Assembly: GCA_023213395.1 (NCBI GenBank)
Contig: CM041465.1
Coordinates: forward strand, 200,391,741-200,455,740
Length of the DNA: 64,000 nucleotides
Origin: Cycas panzhihuaensis
Taxonomy: Eukaryota > Plantae > Cycadophyta
Direction of reading: 5' to 3'
In this document: positions 57,064 through 64,000 of the stretch, in pieces
Position numbering within the stretch: position 1 is the stretch's first letter
Layout of the letters: every line of letters begins with the position of its first letter
Notes under the pieces: generated by a model
Seen by the model: the letters and a program-made list of their open reading frames with translations, nothing else
What the model was told of the DNA's origin: nothing
Databases searched by the model: none
Translations under genes and position numbers: made by a program

Positions 57064-59510
57064 TGTAGGCCCTAGCTTGTGTGCAGGTGAAATTGTGTAT
57101 AGAAAATTTTGATGAAGTTATAATAAGAAGTTGACGTCACAACACAATTATAGATGAGTAGCAATTATGATCTAGTTGTAGTTGAGCAGTAGTGGTGACC
57201 TAGTTAGTTAAGCAATAATTGTAACCTAATTATAGTTGAATAGTAGTTGTAATCTAATTACAATTAAGTAGCAATTGTGACATAATTTGTAGTTGAGCAA
57301 CAATTGTGACTTGGTTGTAGTTGAGTAGTAATTATGATCTAATTATAATTGAGTAGTAGTTATGACCCAGTTGTAGTTGGAGTTACAGTTGTGATTGAAT
57401 CATAGTTAGAGTGATAGTTACGATCAAATCATACTTGTAGTTGTAGTTATGATCAGATCACAATTAGAGCAATAATTACATCTAGATTGTACTTAGAGTC
57501 ATAATTATGATCTAATAATACTTAGACTCATAATTACAATCAGATCATAATTGAAGTCATAATTATGACCAAATCACAATCAAGCCACAGTTATAACCAA
57601 ATCATAGTTTGAGATGTGATTGTGATCAGATTACATTTGGAACCATAATTGCTACTAGATTACAATTTGTGAAATAGAAGAGAACCAAACATTTTATCAT
57701 TTGTATTGAACCATTTTGTGATATAACCAACATTAATTGAAACCATTAAGTTTCTATGTATAAAATAAGAGTCAGTATAATAATGATAGAACTAAAGACA
57801 GGGAGAGAGATAGATAAATCAAGAAGTGTGTGGGATTTCTTCTTGTTGTAGCGAGCTTGGCACTTACATTTATAATCCTTATATACTTTTGGGCCTATGT
57901 CTAGTTGTGAGAGGACTAGACGTAATTCCCTATTCTAATAACATTATGTTTTGTATCATAATTGGTATTATATATACTTAATTTATCTAGTATGGTTAGA
58001 AATATTGTAAATAGATAGAGCAACGCATACATTAGTTCTATTGCCCAAATAAATCTAGGAAGAAGGTGAATAGTAAAGCCATTATAGGTAAGGCTAAGTG
58101 AGTCATCTAGGATCTCTTCTATGCCACCCAAACTTGAAGTAGAATCATGACATGAACGCAAAGAGAATTAGGAGAAAGATAAACTCTAGGTGGGAGTGAG
58201 GAAGCTAAGATTTGCAATGACACTAAAAAGGCAAGTGAAGAGGTGACCACTTATTAACTCGATAGGAAGAAGAAAGTCGAGTGTAGAAGGCAAAAAATAA
58301 GAGGAGGTGAACATTGATACAACTAGAGATCATGTCAAGGAAAAAAGGATGTAGATTGAATAAGATCAAACATATGTATTAGAAGAGGATCCCAATGAAG
58401 AAAGGATATAAAAGAAATAATTAAAGAAGTAGTACTAGCCAAAGAGGAACCTCAAGAGGAAATAACATTCCAAGAAGATTAGAGGCAATTTAATTGAATT
58501 AGAACTATACAATATAATAAATAATGGTGGAATCACTATTGGATGGAAGTAAGAACTCCCTTGAGCCATATTTTAAATTCTCTCATCAAGTTAGTGATGT
58601 CAAGCTCGTAAGGAAGTATGGTAGGTGGAAGTTCACCACTTGGAGGAAATCCAGGTGGTGGAGGCCCATCATCAAATTAGTCAATCTTTCCTAATATAAG
58701 TGGAGATGGTAATCAACCACTATGTGTAATGGGTTAAGGAAGTAAAGAAGGACCAACTCTGCTTTTTCAAATCTACATTTAAATGGATCCACAGATTTGG
58801 GAGGTCACCTGTCATTCTTTAAAAATATGTTAAAAATCAAAAGAATTATAGATCTGGATTATATAAAAGCTCAATTTTTTTCCACATTATGAGGAGTAGT
58901 GATTGCTTGGTTCTAATATGTATAGCATAAAATATATCATGGGATAGATTTTAAGGTTAGCTTTTGGATCACTTCCAAAAGCTAAGAGATTCAATGGCTA
59001 TGTTTCAGGCATTGAAAGAAGTAAAACAATATCCTAGTGAATTAAACAATGATTTTGATGGTCAAATACAAGTTATAATAAATAAGATGAAACCAATAAT
59101 AAATATTAATTTGATGCTTATAATGAAATATTTTGTACAACGATTAATCTTGCAACTAAGAGATAAAGTCACGTTGTATCCAATGAATACTTATGAATAA
59201 GTATAGGAGTTAGATTTAAAATTTAAAAATCAAATGAATATGGCATATTCTTAGTTGGTAATATAACAAACTTCACATATGGGACTAGTTCTTTCCCAAA
59301 TTCCATAGATGGGAATACAATTATGGGGGATGTATAATCAGAATAATATACCAACACCACAAATGGGAAAGAATCTAAAGATTGAAGCATTAAAAAAAGA
59401 GATAAAGGCATTGAAATAGCAACCATCGATATCAATACCTATAAACATATAACAGAATCAAGAAATTGAGAAATTACATTGAAAATTAGCCAAGTTATGC
59501 TTTTAGAGAA
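57064..59510 (+). mobile_element. G3: 5' fragment of a gypsy-type element (LTR ~57064-57960, Met-type PBS remnant at 57963, gag remnant ~58770-59200), cut by T2
   Basis: TGTAGG...TATCATA then TGGTATTA; gag-like LNGSTDLGGHLSFF...FFSTL*GVVIAWF and LKEVKQYPSE. Confidence 0.6.
57150..57670. repeat. 28/29-bp minisatellite, ~18 units, in G3 LTR
   Basis: ~8 units like tagttgagtagcaattgtgacctagttg, then ~10 units like tacttagagtcataattatgatcagatca. Confidence 0.85.
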
Positions 59511-59759
59511 TGTTGGAAATCAAATATGTAACAAGAAAATATTTGTAAATAGAACAGAAACACCTCCAAGATCAAATAGTACCCTTAAGGTACCTCAAAT
59601 TATATTAACAAAACATCTTTACAACAAATAATCCATATGATACACTATATGTGTATTTATAATACATGACATGATGGTGAGAGTGGCACCCACTTACATG
59701 TAGGATAAATAAATGTATATTACTAATATTCCAGCACTCCCCCTTAATGCACATTTGGG

Positions 59760-60851
59760 TTATTTATATTTGTAATGCCTTGTCCTCGGAAATGTATCGA
59801 AGATGATGTCTTCAACTTGATCCTTGTCTTCAATCTTGTAGTGATGTCTTTGCTATAGAATAGTGTCTTCAACTTGATTTTTGTCTTCAATTCTATACCG
59901 ATGCCTTTGTTGAAGCAGGTCTAGCAAGTGTAAATCTTTATTCTTCATTGTGGCTAGTCTAGTCTAATTTTGATGTAGATCTTGTAAGTAACCATCTTCA
60001 AATATAACTTACTTGACATCATTATCTTGTATAAGTTCTTGATCATCATATACAATAGTAACCTTTAGAGCAAAATCTTCATCAGCTTATATATTCTTTG
60101 AACTTGAATTAATACTCAAAGCAAAAATAACATTTAGACTTGAATCAATATAAGACTCATCTTCTATAGGACCATAAGATTCATATTCAAATTCCTTTTA
60201 AATAATAGCGTCATCTAAATAGACTTTTATCGATTCATCACTCTCAATATCTTCAATGGTAGTTGTAGTCTCATCAATGTATTCAACCATACATTTAGTA
60301 GTAGTTTCATTAATATTCAAACATTCTTCATCTTGACATACTGTTTCATCAATGTTGATAATATTTTCTTCATTTGTTTTACCTATATCATAACCATCAT
60401 TGATCTTATTTTCCTTTTCAATAATTTATTATATCTCTTCAAGAGTTTGTTCAAATATATCTTTTAAAAAATCCCAAGCTTCCTTAGCAGTACTTGCATG
60501 TTGAATCTTAGGAATGATGAAATGATATGTGGAGGGAAGATCAACTTTGTCTAATACAGCAAGAATTATAATAAATACTTTTTTGTCTTTCTTCTCAAGT
60601 ATTTCCCTTTCTTCTTCATCCTCAAGAATAACATATCCATCGGTAATAAGTTTCCACAAACTTCTAGCTATGAAAAAACATCTCATTTTAATTGTCCAAA
60701 AGAAATAGTTTACTCCATTGCACTTAAGTATCCGAAGAAATGAATCCCTCAAGTAATATTCATTTGTTTCATGGACATATATGACCACATTATTCTCCTC
60801 CATAATTATAAGTATACCTCTAAATAATATCCTTTTTTTTTCAATCAACAA
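59760..60851 (-). pseudogene. T2 copia-type gag N-terminal region plus acidic extension
   Basis: CNGVNYFFWTIKMRCFFIARSLWKLITDG...KDKK...IPKIQHASTAKEAWDFLKDIF; no zinc knuckle or pol follows. Confidence 0.8.
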
Positions 60852-62369
60852 ACTTACCTAACATTGGTAGCATGCCCATTAATCAATCTCAATAAATATT
60901 TTCATGTCTCATATCCCTCATATCACTGACTTCATCATCATATCATCACCTTGTCCATCTCTCATATTTCCAAACAATCACATACAATGAGTATCTGAAC
61001 TACTTCCTTCACCATCAAATTAATGCTTATACCACATACATCTCACAAAGATCATACATACCTCATGTCACCATTAAATCACCAAGACATATCATACTTT
61101 ACTTAATTGTCCAAAACATGACACATGCCACAACATTACCATGAATAATCTACATAATGATCTATACCATTTAATAAAGTTTGCTTCCCTACAATTTAGG
61201 TGTCTTTAACAAATAGCTCACTTTCCTATCAATTTGTGATCATCATTACCTTGATAACAATCACCCATAAACATGCCCTCTGCTTACCCTCTCTTACTCT
61301 CTTAGCCCTTAAACTCCCCCTAATTAGCTTGTTATGTAACTCACATGTAACAGACACTTCATCGCCTCATATCACTATCTTTTTTGCCATCATATTTGCT
61401 TGATTATGCCCTCTTCTTTATTTAAATCACATTCTAAGGAGCATCAAATCGCCATATGCCACCCAACTCACTGATGCAAACACATGCATAATCACTTCAT
61501 CACCACACTATATCATTGTCATAGTAGCTCTCTCATACAAAACGCATGTAAGAAAGCACTCAATTACCATTAAACAATCACCATCATGCACCTCAAATCA
61601 CCAATAAAGTGCCAAATGACTTAATGTTGTCTCATATCACCAAAGTACTCTCCCATGTATAACACACACAAGAGAGCATCCTCATATTGTAACATCACCC
61701 AACTTATTCTCTCATGTAAATTAGATGCTAGAGAATATAAATTTGCCTACTTCACCTATTAAACTACTCTTATACAATTGCATGTAAGAGAACTTTTCCA
61801 TACATCATTAACATGCCTCATAAGCTCCATATAGGCACCTTCAATTCTTGATAATTATACCAATTCCCCTCTTAATCAAAGTACAAACTTAACAAGAAAT
61901 GGATAACAACCAACTACAAACAATCTCATGATTTATCAATGAATGTAACTTCTAAATCAAGAGAATAATCAACCTTAAAAAAAGGTCAATTAAATGATTT
62001 ATTAATAGAGATAACTTAAAGACAAAGAAGCCACTTTACAAAAAGGTGATCTTAATACATTGAAATATCAATGTAAATATGAAATGGGTAATATAATACA
62101 TGGGCAACTTTAATAAAAATAAAAATATATAAAAAGGCATTAATACGATAATGCAATATATTTAGATGACTTTATATATTATATTATATGGTTGTAAAAT
62201 ATTAAATCAATGATGCACGCAGATGGGTAACTGCGAATCTACAACTATGGCACACTATGATTAAAATCAGAGTTAATTTGAGGAGCGAAAGAATTTGTAC
62301 ACATCACAGTCATAGTCATAGTCATAGGTGTGAGTTGGTTCTATTTTGGGAATCCATCCATTGATAGCC

Positions 62370-62753
62370 ATGGTGATGGATCCAAAGGCAAAAGTAGTGG
62401 TGGAGAAGGCAAATGTAAGTGGTGGTGGTGTGGTGGAGGGTAGGAAGAAGAAGAAGAAGGTAGGGCATTAGAAGACAGTGGAGTCATATAAAACATACAT
62501 ATTCAAGATGTTGAAACAAGTCCACCCTGACATCGGAGCATCTAGTAAGGCAATGGACACCATGAACATCTTCATAAATGATGTATTTGATAATTTAGCC
62601 AATGAAGCATCCAAACCTATAAGGTACAATAAGAAGCCGATGATTAATGCCTATGAGATTTAGACTACTGCCAGGTTCCTTCTTCTGGGTGAACTTGCCT
62701 AGCATGCTGTTTGTTAGGGCACCAAGGCTATCACCAAGTTTGCTGGTAGTTGA
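62370..62753 (+). pseudogene. H2B: Histone H2B pseudogene, full length (127 codons), four in-frame TAG stops, no frameshift
   Basis: MVMDPKAK...[97 protein letters not shown]; unmistakable H2B histone fold. Confidence 0.95.
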
Positions 62754-64000
62754 AGATGAAGCAGTAGCCTAATTTTGTTGTATTCATTCTCATTTAATTG
62801 GTGTCTTCCTCAATTTCATTATGGGAATCTATTTTCATTATTAGTATTGGTTCACTCAAAGGCTTGATAGTTTGGATATTACACTGTTAATTGTATTTAT
62901 TTTGAAGACATGTTTTGAGATGATTATTTTCATTAGACTAATTTGGATTTAATACATGTATGGATGACTGCAAACATAACAACACCGTGATGACTCTAAT
63001 TTTATAATAGCTAAAATGAAATAGTAAAGGATGGCTGCCAAAATAATCAACATATAGAAGGTATAATTATTATCACGTGAGGAAGCACGAGCGACCAAAT
63101 AAATAATATGCAGAGTATATAAACTCAAGGGTGATGCAAACATCCATGCAGACCATACTACAGTAATAAAGGGTAGCGAAATGTATACACGGCATAGGCA
63201 ATACCAATAAACATGTAAAACACAGTGGTTATATTAACGCGTGGGGTCTGGAAACTCAATATAAAGAGGTGACACACATATATTTAAAACCAGGTGATGG
63301 CTATATAATCACATAGAGTATCATATATACGGTTATGTCTATTGAAGAATATTTACCAATAGGCAACATCAAATATATTCATCAATGTAAATAAAACCAT
63401 GGGTGATCATAAAATTGATGTAAATGGGTAAAATATATTATTCAAACCCTAAATATCGATGGTTGATCATAATAAGAGTATACCTTAAATGTTTGACCGT
63501 TTTTCACTTCACGGCACTACAATTGATCTCACAGAGGTTATGCACTCTTCACAACTCAACAGAGGGTTGATAAGATAATACATGGGTGCATGACTTCTCT
63601 TCATACATGGGTAGCCTTAAACATCTCTTAATTACTCAATGAATGTCAAAATCACCTCCATATAATTATAGGGTTTTTACAGGCTCAACAGTGGCTGCAA
63701 GAGGAATGGGTATTATTGAAAAAATGGGCACCTCCTTACACACCAAAATTAAGGTTTCATCAATGAACACCCCACTTAACTAGGCTTCACCTTGCTCAAT
63801 CTTCCTTAAATTGGCTTCGATGCCATGTTGAAAATCAAATCTGCAATAAGAAAATATTTGTAAATAGAATAGAAACACCTCTATGATCGAATAGTACCCT
63901 TAAGGTACCTCAAATTGTATTAACAAAACATCTTTACAATAGATAATCTATATGATACACTATATGTGTATTTATAATACATGACATGATAGTGAGAGTG

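Larger units (their letters stand above)
59511..64000 (-). mobile_element. T2: second TR-GAG-like element (same family as T1), carrying a histone H2B copy; 5' LTR runs off the window
   Basis: LTRs 59511-59736 and 63826->64000 (about 13 differences in 175 bp by hand); PBS TGGCATCGAAGC 63814-63825; PPT TAAGGGGGAG 59737-59746. Confidence 0.9.

Noticed and set aside
57150-57670. CRISPR-like periodic array
   Set aside because: Contiguous diverged tandem units with no unique spacers, no cas genes, eukaryotic LTR context.
62212-62240. Histone-promoter octamer-like motifs (CACGCAGAT, TGCGAATC) upstream of H2B
   Set aside because: The same stretch has a homologue in T1 (~13138-13170), which lacks H2B, so it is element backbone; the matches to CGCGGATC are imperfect.

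Overview
Eukaryotic, AT-rich, strongly CG/CHG-depleted repeat DNA from a large-genome land plant (the Tat-type elements with a 3' extra RNase H and very old LTR pairs suggest a gymnosperm; this is inference). No intact host gene, rRNA, tRNA or CRISPR array is present. The window is a pile of nested, decayed LTR retrotransposons. There are two Ty3/gypsy Tat-like elements (G1 865-24958 +, lacking RT/RH/INT; G2 ~39290-55565 -), a gypsy 5' fragment (G3 57064-59510) and five Ty1/copia elements or fragments (C0-C4). There are also two copies of a short-LTR, gag-only non-autonomous family (TR-GAG-like; 10488-14407 and 59511->64000, both -) and three (AT)n tracts, one about 2 kb. Highlights: (1) a full-length histone H2B pseudogene with apparent UTRs inside one TR-GAG-like copy and absent from the other; (2) a ~1.1 kb LTR-derived hairpin at the 5' end of copia C1; (3) a modular 3' region in both Tat elements, where cassettes (antisense segment + extra RNase H, second antisense segment) are separated by blocks of one ~22-nt motif that sit next to (AT)n expansions; (4) an LTR ending in three tandem 32-bp 'LTR end + PBS' units. 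Identity values are by-eye estimates and degenerate boundaries are approximate.
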